Assembly (NCBI GenBank): GCA_964016885.1
Contig: OZ024740.1
Location: 258,478,001-258,542,000, forward strand
Direction: 5' to 3'
From: Eledone cirrhosa
Taxonomy: Eukaryota
Length of the DNA: 64,000 nt
Shown: positions 1 to 13,184 of the stretch, in pieces
How the letters are laid out: each line of letters opens with the position of its first letter
Position numbering within the stretch: position 1 is the stretch's first letter
The notes under the pieces: model-generated
What the model saw: the letters and a program-made list of their open reading frames with translations, nothing else
Told to the model about the DNA's origin: nothing
Database searches by the model: none
Made by a program: the position numbers and the translations under genes

Positions 1-1204
1 GGACGCTGGACTGAAGGACAGTTAAACTGCTCGGGGTCTGGTTTGATACGGACCTCCAGATCGAGAAGAAATGGAACGACGTGAGCCAAGGTGTTTGCAC
101 TCACCCAGAAGCGGGTCGAGTGCAAACTATTCTTGAAAGGTCGAGCGGAGGTGGCGAACACTTTTATAGCGTCCGTCATCTACTACCGCTTGACCGTCGT
201 GCTTTGTCCAGCCAAGGTGTGGGCCCCGTTCGTGAGGCGAGCCTTCCCACGACTCGTCTCGCTGACCGAGCTGCAGTCTTGAGTCAAGCAAAGACCGAGG
301 AAAATGGGCGACTGGCACATGGAATGTGCTCAAGCGCTCACAGCCTTCTGGCAGGCGGACCCGGCGATCAGTGGAGACTCCACTTCGTCATTATATAGAG
401 GGTTGATCCACAGCAAGTGCGACGACGCGCTCGGAGAAACTCTGGGCGTAGAGGAAGACGAACTGGCCAGTCTATCCGGTAGAACCTTCCGCCCGAGACC
501 GATGGACAACTTCCAAAATTCCCTGGCCTGGCAGTGCTACCGAGGTGCAAGATCTACAGACACGGGCGCCCGGGCAGGGACCCTTCGAAAAAGATCTGTC
601 CGAGATGCGTGCGAGGCAAAGAAAACGTCGCGCACGCATTCATACACTGCCCGGGCGTGTATGTAGAACGACTATTGTTGCGGGTTGGACCAATCCGGTT
701 GACCACGGAGTCCATTGTCATGATCAAACCGCCACCCTCCTTCAAAAATGAAGGAGAGGCGGTTTTCCTTTGTGTGATAGCTATGGCGAAAGAGGTTGTA
801 TGGTGGACAAGGTTAAAAGGGCTGAGGTCAGACACCTTTCTCTCGGGCCAACAACTGATTCTTTTTTTCAAATACCACTTTGGAAGAAGAATCAGGATGG
901 AGAGAGAGGCGCTGTACACCAGCAAGTTTTATGAATGGTGGGTGAAAGTGGCGAGAATGGCCCGTAGGTTGAGGAAAAAGAGGAAGAGAGGAAAGGGGTA
1001 CAAACTCTTCGTACTCCTGGAGATGAGGGTTGCACATTTTTTCGGGGGTATGTGTTACTCATTTGAAATATCTCCCCCTTTTGGGGAAAATCGGTTAATT
1101 TTTAAACTGCATTTGTGATAGTGTTTTACACATTTTTATTGTATGAAAACTTCCCCCCTTTGTATTTGTCCCCTTCTTTTGTGCCCCTGTGGCTAATAAA
1201 GAAA
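1..1204 (+). mobile_element. Tx1/L1-clade non-LTR retrotransposon, 3' fragment (degenerate ORF2 C-terminus and 3' UTR)
   Basis: Peptides LKGRAEVAN, MDNFQNSLAWQCYRG and the zinc knuckle CPRC...HAFIHC are colinear with 31050-32475. Ends in GTGGCTAATAAAGAAA, like the second copy. Frameshifted. Confidence 0.85.
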
Positions 1205-1270
1205 CATCTCTCTCTCTCACCACCATCTCTCTCTCTCTTAATTTCTCTTCCTCTCTCTCCCTATCTCAAC

Positions 1271-1274
<4 letters not shown>

Positions 1275-1342
<68 letters not shown>

Positions 1343-1348
1343 CCTCTC

Positions 1349-1439
<91 letters not shown>

Positions 1440-1458
1440 AACTCTCTCTCTCTCTCTC
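1275..1458. repeat. (CT)n microsatellite
   Basis: Seen directly; explains the SLSL/ERER ORFs. Confidence 0.98.
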
Positions 1459-1461
1459 TTT

Positions 1462-1978
1462 GACAGACCGAGCCCAAGCTAGTTGATAAGTAGAAAGGAC
1501 AATGGGATTGATGAGTTAATATCTGTATACAACAACTACAACGGTACGCGATCGGGCCCACCCACAGCCCCGGCGGACAGAATGGAGAAGGCGTTTCCCC
1601 GGGGGACGGCAAGCGCTGGAAAAGTCGCCTCAACTCGCGGGGCTCACACCTGCGGCTGGCCAGCTCAGCGCCTATGGTGGTGAGTAAGGTGGTAGCCCTG
1701 GGGCTGAGGACACCAGAAGTCTCCACTGCCAGGGGTACGACCGCAAACCTGTCCGAGAGCGACCGGTACTTGAGGAGTTTGACCCCCTCAGCCTGACGTG
1801 CATCAGAACCTGGGTCAGTCGCAGGTGAGTCCACGGTGGAACCGCAGCGACATTGGTGTGGCTGGCAGATCCGGAGGCCGAGCCTCAGGGGAACGCCGAT
1901 TCGCAGGCTATGGTTGTCTAGCTGCGTGCCAGTGGAGAAGGAGGGCAGGGCATGGAGCCAGGCACCACTGTGAGGTTG
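1462..1978 (-). mobile_element. CRE-like non-LTR retrotransposon, C-terminal restriction-like endonuclease fragment
   Basis: SGAWLHALPS...LDNHSLRIGVPLRLG...CRCG and KYRSLSDRFAVVPLAVETSG...LFQRL are typical of CRE-clade C-termini; internally deleted. Confidence 0.75.
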
Positions 1979-2855
1979 ATAAGTTAAGTTAACTTTTTCA
2001 GTGTAACTTTCTCCACATCCTACCGCGTAACACGTTCGCGATTCTGCATACTTTCCGTTGGGGACATGATGCAACTAAATACAATTAATACACTGAATCT
2101 ATAAAAGATACGGGATTGCAATGGAATGTCAGTTGAAATGAGAAGAAACTAATATGAATTACTGAGAAAATATAGAAAAATGTATTTAAGACTGAGACGG
2201 TATGCTACTTATTTATCGTAAATAACATTTATCTGATTCTAAGCACTGAAAGGTAATACAAAACCCAAACAAGTGAGCAAGAGAAAATGGCGAAGATTAA
2301 TGTATCTGAATAATATTTCTACTTTCCTATACATATCATAATTATAAAACATTTTCATTAGTCTTCAATCACTTTCACCGATCCAACAAAGTCATCATTT
2401 TGTCTTGGAGTTACTCGTGAAGTTCCGCTCTACTCATTATTATTGTCAATTTACAATAATACCTTGTCCTTTCTTGATACCATACATTTTTTCAGAAATA
2501 ATATATTTATATATATATATATATATATAGTATCTTAGTAATTATTGTCATATCTGTTATTATTTGGTCTTTACTATCTAGCGGTTGATGTTATCTTCAC
2601 CAATGATCATGAGATTAGTGGTCTGTATACACATGGATATCGGATGTTTATTAAACTAGCATCTATTAGAATAAAACAATTCTAAAAGAAACAAGGGTTT
2701 GCCATAGATTATTGCTTGAAATCGAGGGAGAAAGAATCATTAAAGTGTGGGACAGAGATATAGAAACAGGGAGATGAATGATGGAAAGAGCTAATCCGAC
2801 TTAAGTCTATTCATATCGATGACAAATTTAACGATTACATAGAGGAACCGTTTTG

Positions 2856-3735
2856 TCTGAGGTGGTGGTGGTGTTATTGTTGATGGTGGTATTGGTTATG
2901 GTTGTTATTGTTGTTGTTGGTGGTGGTGGTATTGTAGGTAGTTGTCAGTGTTGTGATCTTGAGAGCGGTAGTAATGTCATTGTTGATAGTGGTGATGGTG
3001 GTTATGGTGGTAGTGATAGGGGTTATGGTGGGGTGGTCGTGGTTGTGGTGATCGTGGTGAAGGTGGTTATGGTAGTGCTGTTGGTAGTTTTGGTGGTGAT
3101 TATGGCGGTAGTGATGATGTTGGTAATGGTTGCTGTGGTGATGATGGTTGTGGTGGTTGTGTTGGTGGTTGTGTTTGTGGTGGTGGTGAAGGTTGTGGTG
3201 GGGTGTTTGGGGTAGTGGTGGTGGTGATTGTGGTGGTAGTGATGGTGGTAAAGGTGGTTGTGGCGGTTGTGGTGGTAGTGATGATACTGTTGTTGGTGGT
3301 GTTGATGTTACGGTTGTTGTTGTTGCTGGTGGTGTTTGTGTTGGTGGTGATGATGGTGGTTGTGGTGGTAGTGGTACTTGTGGTGGTGGTAGTGGTAGTG
3401 ATGTTGTTTCTGGTGTTAGTGTTGTGGTTGTGATGGAGGTGGTGGTGGTTGGTGGGGGAGGCAGTGATGGCGATGATGGAGGTGGTGGTGGTGATGGTGG
3501 TAGTGGTGGTGGTGGTGGTGATGGTGGAGGTGATGGTGGTGGTGGTGGTGGTGATGGTGGAGGTGGTGATAGTTGTTGTGGTTGTGATGGAGGTGGGGGG
3601 TGATGGTGGAAGCGGTAGTGGCGATGATGGAGGTGGTGGTGGTGATGGTGGTAGTGGTGGTGGTGATGGTGGTGGTGATGGTAGAGGTGGTGGACGTGAT
3701 GGTTGTTGTGGTTGTTGTGCTTATAGTGGTGCTTG
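2856..3735. repeat. Degenerate (GGT/GTT/GAT)n trinucleotide low-complexity tract
   Basis: Seen directly; source of the poly-V/G/P/H ORFs. Confidence 0.95.
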
Positions 3736-4099
3736 TGGACAGTACATGAACATCTGTTGTTCAAGATTGTAGAGATTACACAGAAGTTGACTCTCACCAG
3801 ATATAGTTTAATGCCATATGATCACTGTTATTTGCATATATTCTTTTCTCTCCCTCCCTACTCAATAATCGTCAATTCACCCAGTGTATGTTTTTTACGA
3901 TGTGTATCTGGTTGTTGTATTTATGCATCTCTGTGCTTATATATGTATATTTGTATGTATATTTTATGCATATATAAGTATATATATTTATGAAGTTATG
4001 TATAATAATGTATATATATGTGTGTGTGTGTGTGTGTGCGTGTGCGTCTATGTGTGTTATAAATTGTTCTCCTCCGTTACTAATTCTTATAGTCTTCTG

Positions 4100-4133
<34 letters not shown>

Positions 4134-4294
4134 GTAAGAGACTCTCAGGGGAGCTGGGCAGCAGACGGTTTTACCAGAAGAAACCCCACTTAAACGAGAG
4201 TTTCTGCCCTTATATATATAAGAAAAGTCGACAAGGTAATGTAACGGAGGAAATTAATACAGTAAAATTTCTCATTTGATATAGCAGGAAAAGA

Positions 4295-4332
4295 CTCCAT
4301 ACGTTTCAGACGTTAGTCGTTCCTCTGGAGGG
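4295..4332 (-). ncRNA. Decayed minimal hammerhead motif (PLE-type)
   Basis: Minus strand CAGAGGA-ACGAC-TAAC-GTCT-GAAAC-GTA; same family as 10123 and 13085. Confidence 0.45.
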
Positions 4333-4855
4333 AGAAGAAAAAGTAGGAAAATAGACGAGACTAAAAAACAAAGAAAGCTGGAAGAATTTTGACTGAGGAA
4401 ACCATGAATTATAGTTAGTCACCCATTTGCCTCTGTGCAGGTGTGTGCGGGTTTTTGTAGGTATGTGAATATATATATGTGATTGTATCCGTCTCCCTGA
4501 GTATATTATCACTGTTCGTTCGTGTACCGTAAATAGAGGTTCGACAAATGTACATATATATATATGTGCGCGTGTGTGTGTTATTTAAGTAACTTGTGGT
4601 TATATATATACATGTATACATGTATGTATCTATGTATATGTGTGCGTGTCTGTGTGTATTTATGAGTGTGTCTGTGTGTGTTTAGATGTAAAGTGGCATC
4701 TTTTTCAAAGAATGCATCTTTCCATTTTAATCCGCCCACATAAATTAATTTGTTCACCTTTCAAACTTTCAGAGCATCAAGTACAACATAAAACACATAT
4801 TTAAGAATTTTTCTGCAAACATCATATTTAATATTTAGGATGTATTTCCACTTAA

Positions 4856-5076
<221 letters not shown>

Positions 5077-5782
5077 AGATAGTCTTTCAAGTGCTTTGAA
5101 GTCTTCCATCAGGATATATGACTCAGAGTTAACTACATCTAATGCTGTAGTTCCTGATCCATACCTGTAAGGGTTGGAATATTCAAAGTTCCAATTGTCA
5201 TGGTTTACTCCCTTCCGAACTCTCTTTGGTGTCTAGGGATACGCAATCTTTGTGCGTCCATCCGATGCCTCCCAAGCCATGTCGCAGTCCCAAGGTCAAT
5301 TTTTGCAGCATGAAATTCAGACAGCAGTGAATGTTTCGAACAGGCCACTCTACCGAATACCTGAACGTGTCCCTTGTTAACCCGCACGAGGACTAGGTAT
5401 TTTAGAGGCGGCCTTTACTCGCCTTGTCATAACTATGTTATGAGAGTTTTCTCGGGAGCTACAGGTGTCACTCATTGTTCCATTTTCCCTAGTAGTTTAC
5501 CACTGTTGGTCCGGAGTTGCTCATTTGTCGGACAGTTACCCACTTATATCGCAACTAAGCATCATATCTGTTGGCCGTATAGCTATCCGCCACCTTTAGA
5601 CTCACCTGATCAATGAAACAATTGTTAATACTGTAAATAAAACCCTTTTTGTACAGCCGACCATGTTATTCTTCACTCTTTCACTATATATATATATATA
5701 TATTAGGAAAATAAAAAAAAGTAGAAAATGCTAATGGGATTTTCTCATAGAATAACAGCAAAACTTATTTTTAAAAGTAATT

Positions 5783-5828
5783 TATCGTACCAGTTCAGCC
5801 GATAGTTATTTCGGCTTCTTCGTGCTAC
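5783..5828 (-). ncRNA. Decayed hammerhead-like motif
   Basis: Minus strand ACGAAGA-AGCCGA-loop-TCGGCT-GAAC-TGGTA in a TA-flanked segment; core mutated. Confidence 0.3.
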
Positions 5829-5899
5829 AGGAAATATGTTAAAAAGAATGTAATAAAATTAATGTGTATATTAATTAGAAGAGAGTATTAGAGATCATA

Positions 5900-5962
<63 letters not shown>

Positions 5963-6888
5963 TCACATTCTCGTTTATCTCTTCCTCTCTCTCTGGTGGT
6001 TTTGTGGCAGTAGTAGCTGCAATAGAAATTGGTTTGTTGGTTTGTTCCCTGTTATTGTCTGACAATAATAAGGAAAAACCAATTTCTATATTTTTCTTAT
6101 GCCCTGTTATTGTCAGACAATAACAGGGAACAAACCAGCTTCTATTTTTTCTTAATTTCCTAATTCAAATTAACTCGTGTGTCACTTTTCAACTTTCTAA
6201 ATATATATATATGTGTGCATCGTATGGTTTTCAAAATTATTTAAATGTGTGTTTCATATATATATATATATATATATAACAAGTTATAGTTCCAGTCTGT
6301 TTGTTTGTTTGTTCACGAAGTCCTCCTATGGTTTTGGAGATAGACCCCCATAACCATATATATTCTGAAACTACATTGCCCGGGGTACTTGGATAAGTAT
6401 ATTTCATTTTAATCAAAGGGTTACTCGGGGGCACAAACCCCCGCTGAAAATCTTCACTGAAAATATTTTCCCTTCGATTTATATGAAATTTAAACTATAG
6501 GTACATTACAAGATATGATGCCTATTCACAAAATTGCAGCAAATTTCAATAATATTAAGACACCCTAATAGTGAAAATGTTGAAAGCCAATAACTATTTA
6601 TTAAATAATTCTAAGATACTACTTTACTATATACTATTGATCGATTTGATAATTTCTAATAATTCAACGATTTTTTCATTCACGATCATATTATAGTAAA
6701 ATGCCATGGAGTATTCATAGTAATAATATCATTTTAAGAAATATTTGAAAGATACTAATTCAGTTTATTTTGATGTTTTGAAGATCGTCTTTAGAGAGAG
6801 ATATAATTCTATATTGAGTTAGTCCAGACTTTTAAATAAATCATCCCCTATCTTTAACATACACAGAGACAGACACACGAATACACAC

Positions 6889-6976
<88 letters not shown>

Positions 6977-6994
6977 ACACACACTCACACACAG

Positions 6995-8075
6995 CCGGTT
7001 GGTTTTGCCCGCAAAATCTGTCCAGTGATTCTTTCCTACGACATTCTAACTACATGCCCATAGTATCGGAGCTGTGATCCATCAATTCTGAAAAGTACCA
7101 GCTCTACCTGAAGTGACTCTCTGATCTCCGGACTACGCACTCTCAACCCATTTCGGCCGATTGTATTCGCTATCGTATTCTTTCGGTCATTACACAAGAT
7201 TCACGACCATGGGTCAGAGTTGGCACGCATACTGAATTGAATATAATGAGTTTGGCTTTTACACCTATCTATCTTCTTCTGATTACCGAATGCTGAGGTT
7301 GGCGCATTACTGCACCAGCTCCTGCAATTCTTACACATAATTCAGCCTCCTGTCTTCCATCTATCATGAACACCGCCCCGAAATACTTGAACCTCTTCAC
7401 CTGCTTCACTGGAACTCCATTTACATGTAAAGTCTAATGTGCTGACTTCCTTGAAAGGACGAGTGTCTCTGTTTTCACAGCACTGATTTTCATTCCAGCT
7501 ATGAAGCACTCAGCATCAACCCTATCAAGTGCAAGTTGAAGAACTCCTTCTTGAATTACGTAATACCATGTTGTCTGTAAAAAGTAACTGCTCTAGTGAC
7601 CTCAGCCTCCGAGAGATTAGTCACCACTCCCAGATGCAACTCGTGTACGTCAAAAAATGCTATTGTGATCGGGTTTAGGAGATCAGCAAAGTATTCTCTC
7701 CACCTCGTGCGGACGCACTTCTCTGAAGATAGGAGAACCCCAGACGCGTTCTTGATAGCAGGTGTGGGGGAGGACTTCTTATTACAAAGTTGGTGGAGGG
7801 TCTTCCAGAACACTTTATTTACTGTTCTGAAATCGGAATCCTGGTTAAACCCAAAGTCCTCCCATGTCTTAACTTTGGATGCCTTTATTGTCTCTGCTGT
7901 GATTTATTTCCAAGCTAAACTTTGTTGGCTCCTTCTTTGATCGGATATCATCTTTGACCTCTTGATCGAACAAAGGAGTCCTCATCCTACCACCCAGCGC
8001 TCCACCTCTAATCCTGATCCCCTGATACCATGTATTTTTATGGATGTATCTGTACTGGAAGAAGGTATTCATAAT
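6995..8075 (-). mobile_element. RTE-clade LINE (Expander/Rex3-like) degenerate fragments
   Basis: MNTFFQYRYIHKNTWYQ (EN), FWKTLHQL...RWREYFADLLNP and AGMKISAVKTETLVLSR; homologous to 16505-16740. Confidence 0.75.
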
Positions 8076-8589
8076 AGAGAGTATATATAAATGTATATAA
8101 TATGCGCGTGTGTGTGTGTGAGTGTGTAAGTTTGTATGTGTTGTTTGTGTTTGTTTGTACACTTCGGTGCATGTTAAACCATGTGAAACTTGCCAGTATA
8201 AAAGGATAAACATAATCGTGAATAAAAAGTGTTACATCTGCAGAGGTTAGCTGTATTGTATGGCAGTATAGAGTATGGCAGTATATAATGTGGCAGGTTT
8301 TGTTAAGATGTTCTCACAGCTGTGTCTCAGCTGTCCACCAAAGACATTCACGCAACAGTTAATAAAATTAATCAAAAACCTCGGGTAAACACGATGGTAA
8401 CACACTATTGCACAATACTTCCGCTCTAACTATCAATTTTTGTTGCGTAAACTGGGTGTTAGTTAAGCTGACGTTCATAATGGTAATGGAGAGTGAGGTG
8501 TGTTGTGTCCTTGAGCATGGCAGTTACTTTCACCATACTCTAGTCTACTCCGCCAGAAACCTAATTGACTCCCAAAGGCAGCTTGGAGT

Positions 8590-8830
8590 TAACAATTCCT
8601 TGTTACGATGTTGGTCTCCCGACCGTAATGTGGAGGCTTTAGTTGCCAAAATGGGTGTCGCATTGTATTCTTTGAGAAAAACACTTGATTCTCATTTCCC
8701 CAGTCCACTCAACTTAGAGGAATATGTACCAGCAGTAGCTGGAATTTAATCCTGCAATGGACTGGCGTTCAGTCGAAGAGGTACCTTTTTACTCTCAGTC
8801 GCTTAACCTTATTTAAAACATATGAACCGA
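8590..8830 (+). mobile_element. Degenerate SINE
   Basis: Eroded tRNA-like head plus SINE body motifs (CAGTCCACTCAAC, CTGCAATGGACTGGCG). Confidence 0.5.
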
Positions 8831-9035
8831 CAAGATTTGCCTGTAGTCATAACACTCACTTTAACTATTATTTTTAGAGAGTAGGTGGAGAAAGTTCAGT
8901 GCACGCACACATTACAACGTCTCCGAGAGAGTGGGGGAAATGTCTCCGAAATATGAAATTTGGCATCAAATAATTTCAACAGAGCGGGCATGGCTAAAAA
9001 CACCCACCTAAGAACCGGGCTGATGCTTTAATTTC

Positions 9036-9138
9036 GCTTGAGGATTAATCGACCAAGCATGGACTAGTAGCTTGAGGATTTATCGATCAATCACGGACTT
9101 GTAGCTTGGGGATTAATCGACGAATCACGGACTAGTAG
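9036..9138. repeat. Minisatellite, 3 x 34 bp
   Basis: Units GCTTGAGGATTAATCGAC...GGACTAGTA start at 9036, 9070 and 9104. Confidence 0.9.
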
Positions 9139-10122
9139 ATGTTATCCGACATGTTGAAACAAGTTTTCCATTTTAAATAATTTCACTCAAAAAAAGGACG
9201 CAGCTTCATGGTTACAGAGATGGATTAACGATCATAGGTTCGATTGCCAGACTGGATTGTTTCCGACTAGTTGTTTCATTACACACAGCTGAAAAAACTG
9301 AATATCAATATCAGCAACTCTAGAATTCACTCAGCGACCAGGAAAAAGTCCTTTTCTCTCGGTCACTTAAAAGATCCATGAAATCAGGATATTCCCTGGC
9401 CTGATAGGCCTCAGAGTTTAGAAAGGACGTTGAATTTCTTTAAACTTCCATTTAAAATTCATGTGTCGATCCGATAGTATTCTAAAAAACGTGTTTTTAA
9501 CATCGTGCATTGGGATTGAACCTAGAAATTAGGGTTGCCGAAAACGACATATTAACCACAAAACTATGTCTCCTCCCTCAGAAATACTGGGTAGATGTTT
9601 GACTTAGAGAGGCTATGTTTCACTTTCTTCTGCTAAAATCATAACGCAGTACCAATCAATATGATTTTCCACTCCACACAGCCACATTAATACGCCACTC
9701 TTTACAAATGTAAACAATAAAAATCGTCATCGTCATCATTTTCTGATGGATCGCACTTACTGAAATACTCTGCGTAGGTTCGGCGTGAATAAAACTTTGA
9801 ATGGTTAAATGATTTCTATGATATGTATTGGGTACTTTTCATCTGTGTTTATATACATTTATATGCATACACACACACAGACATACATCTATATATTACT
9901 AAAAGTCTGTGATTCCTTGCTTGTGTATATTCTAATTATTTAAAATTTATTTTTAAGTGAACATGATTTTAAAAGGATATTTTGAACTGAACGTGGCCCA
10001 ACGGGTGGTCTATATAAATCTCAAAAATTGCTGACTGAATACGCACGAATGTTTTTCTCTTTTTTCCCTTTCCTTCCTCCTCTCACTCTATCTTTCTATT
10101 TCATCTTTTATTTATAATTCTA

Positions 10123-10158
10123 TCTTTTTATGAAGGACTAGTGTCCGGAACGTTAAGA
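10123..10158 (+). ncRNA. Decayed minimal hammerhead motif (PLE-type)
   Basis: TCTT-TTTATGA-AGGAC-TAGT-GTCC-GGAAC-GTT-AAGA: stems I and II intact, core mutated. Confidence 0.5.
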
Positions 10159-10235
10159 CTCTTTTCCTGTTATTTCAACCGTTAAACTAATATATTTCTT
10201 CAATGTACTGTGTCGTTTGCTTTGTTATTCCTATT

Positions 10236-10266
<31 letters not shown>

Positions 10267-10529
10267 CACACACACATATATACGCACCACACACACATAT
10301 ATATATATATATATGCACATATATAAATATATAAATATATTATTATAAATGTCTATACTTATTCATTTGCTTTATGCTCTGCGTTACACATATTAACTTG
10401 CTTGAGTTGACACTCTAGCCATCAGAAATGCCAGTGAACCGGTGATTGGCCTTTCCTGCGGGAAACCTGTATCCAGTGAGGATATGTTTCATACCTTTTC
10501 ATAAATTCTTCTCCACTATCATCCATTGA

Positions 10530-10720
10530 AGCCGCATGGCCTATTGGTTAGGATGCCTGACGTTATATCGTAATGTCACCGGTTCGATTCCTGGACAGGC
10601 TGAGGAAAACAGTTTATTTCACGTTGTTCTAGTGCATTTCTCTGACTCCTGTCCAGAGAGAGTCTTTCACGCCATGGAGACTGGGGATAAGCACGGGCCT
10701 GGTGAACCTTCCGTTTAAAC
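10530..10720 (+). mobile_element. tRNA-derived SINE
   Basis: A box TGGCCTATTGG and B box GGTTCGATTCC followed by a SINE body. Confidence 0.7.
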
Positions 10721-11926
10721 AAACTTTAACTAATTAACTATCTAACTTTAATCCATTCCTCCTTTAAAGGTGTCTTCAAGCTGTTATTATCGGTCTCTAG
10801 CATCTCTTGACAGATGGAGACGGGATTTGAACTCAGAACACACAGAACCAGACTCCAAACCATCCAATCTTAGTGCTTAACAATTCCACTAATCTGCCAG
10901 TTCTCCAGCCTTGAACAAGCACTTTATTTATCGAGCACTAGAGAATGAGTTGAAAAGGTTACCGCGGCAGTGAGCCGGATCAAATACCATGACATTTCAT
11001 CCGTCGCCCGAACGGCTCTGCCAATTCGCCACCTGCAGTCAATTGAAGTAAAATGAATAATGTACTTTATGCAGCCATGCATTAATTATCGTTATTGCTG
11101 TTTGTTGGCGGTCGATTTGAGTAGAAAATCCACTGAAATCCGATTTTCATTTCATCATTTCAGCATTGATAATAAAAAGTAATAGCCGTGTTCTGGTGTG
11201 GTATGGCCTTCTCCTTTTAGCTTTCATATCCAGGTAGCAGAGCGTAGTTACGATCTATAGACCTCTACTGTTTCCCTGGTTAATGGGGAGACGGTAGGTT
11301 TCTGTGGTGTCTGTGTTTGCTCATGTCTACGTGGATACCACAAACCCTTAGCAAAAGCATGCCACTTACTACCAAGTCATATTCGATTTTGAGTGATGAC
11401 CGTAATTTGGGTTTAGTACTTTAATATATATTTCATATACATTGAGATAAAGGATATGTTTTATGACGAAATGGTTTCGAGTGTTGTATTTTTAAACAGA
11501 GAGAGAGAGAGGGGGTGAGAGAGAGAGAGAGAGATGGAGAGAGAGAGAGAGAGAGAGGGAGAGAGAAAGGGTGAGTGAGAGAGGGTAAAGATATCGCTAA
11601 GCTATAAATTATCTGCTTAGCGTTAGGATTATGTTATTTTTATAACGGTTTGCGTACATGGCCTTCGCATGTACACTTTTACATGTACAATTTATTTCTA
11701 GCATTTTGCAAAGCAGATCTCCAATTCCTGCCTTTCTTTACCACCTGTCCAATCCTCAATGCACTAGAGTAGGTCATCTGTGTTAGCCATCCTCCTTTAT
11801 ACACAACTGCTTAAATCATTTTTAGTTTTTGCCTGAACTTACTCCCTTGTCTCGTAAATATATTGTACAACATATTAGTCTTCTCTTATCTGATCACTGA
11901 TTCCACTATGAATATTTAGTAATAAG

Positions 11927-12470
11927 TATTAGGTTGTCCAGAAATGAATGCTGGTTGTACGTTTTAATTTGTATCAACACATCTTAAATAATGATGACTC
12001 ATACAACATGTGTAAAATTATGTATAATGTTAACGTATATTTTATGCTATTTAAATTTAGATGTCAAAACATGATTTTCACCAAATTTAATTTTAAGAGT
12101 TTTAAACTTGTCTCTGTGTAATACAAACGATTGGGAAACATTAATGAAGTTTGGGAATAAGGAAATGGTAATGAATGCAGTGCGCCATGTTGGTTTTAGA
12201 TATTCCGTTTTTGCTAATTCACTCTTGAAGAAAGAAGTTTGCAGGCGTCCTTCTGACACTAACGACGATAAATTGGAGGATTTCTTGGGGGAATCAAATC
12301 TTCAAACTATTCGAGAGCTTGCAGGAGAGCAAAATGTAGGCATTGGGACAATTTCTGAACCGAAATGGAAAATCGAAGAAGCTTGAAAAATATGTGCCAT
12401 AAGAATTCAAGGAAAAGCAGAAACAAAAACGATCCTTGATCATTTAGCAACGTTCCTTCAAACGTTGATT
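11927..12470 (+). mobile_element. Mariner-like DNA transposon remnant
   Basis: TIR-like TATTAGGTTGTCCAGAAATGAATG, then a transposase HTH fragment RRPSDTNDDKLE...QTIRELAGEQNV. Confidence 0.65.
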
Positions 12471-12691
12471 CTATTTAATAATCGACGACGTGCTGCATAT
12501 ATCAATTTACAAAATTATTATATATACTCAGCAACTTGTTACACTTGGAACCTATAGTGAAACTACCTCAGGATCTACTAATTGGAATAATTCGTCGCTT
12601 GGGTAAGACACTACTGCAAGCGGTCTTTGATTCTTGTTGAACAATCAAATCAATGGATTACTAACGGAAATTGAATAATACTATAATTCTC

Positions 12692-12822
<131 letters not shown>

Positions 12823-13084
12823 TAAAATAACAGATTAAAGTTTAAGCAAAGAATCGCTGCTTTCAATCGCTGTCTTCAAATTTATTATTATTACTATATA
12901 TATATATATACCCACGGAGGCCCACGCAGCCCCACACATCCATGTATATATATATATGGTTATGAGTGTGGTGGTGAAAGAGATGGCAACATGAATCAAC
13001 CTGTTGGTTTTCTCTAAAAACTGGGATATTTTCTCTGTTTTCGCCCGTGCGTCTCCTAAATATTTCTATTTCTTCTTCTCATTA

Positions 13085-13123
13085 TAGTTTCTGAAGATAG
13101 TCTAGCGTCCGAAACGTTACGAT
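13085..13123 (+). ncRNA. Minimal hammerhead motif with decayed stem II
   Basis: CTGAAGA-TAGTC-TAGC-GTCC-GAAAC-GTT, about 40 nt before (TA)n. Confidence 0.5.
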
Positions 13124-13184
13124 GCTTTGTTATTTGAGTTTAACTTTTGCATATAAAGAAAATTATATATATATATATAATATA

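Noticed and set aside
1180-1300. TC-microsatellite specificity of the Tx1 family
   Set aside because: The second copy (ending 32475) is followed by unrelated GTT/ATT repeats.
2853-3797. Pro/His/Gly/Val-rich ORFs up to 307 aa
   Set aside because: Open in several frames on both strands because of trinucleotide repeats; no domain or splice evidence.
4131-4190. Short motif shared with 17994-18041 (GTGGTAAGA.ACTCTCAGG.GAGCT...GAAACCCCACT)
   Set aside because: A real two-copy TA-flanked repeat, probably an element terminus, but too short to assign.
5430-5690. Possible solo LTR (TG start, AATAAA near the end)
   Set aside because: No clear CA end, target duplication, PBS/PPT or second copy.
9036-9138. 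CRISPR-like repeat
   Set aside because: Contiguous 34-bp units with no unique spacers, no cas genes, eukaryotic context.
10530-10600. tRNA genes at A/B-box motifs
   Set aside because: No complete cloverleaf; they continue into SINE bodies.
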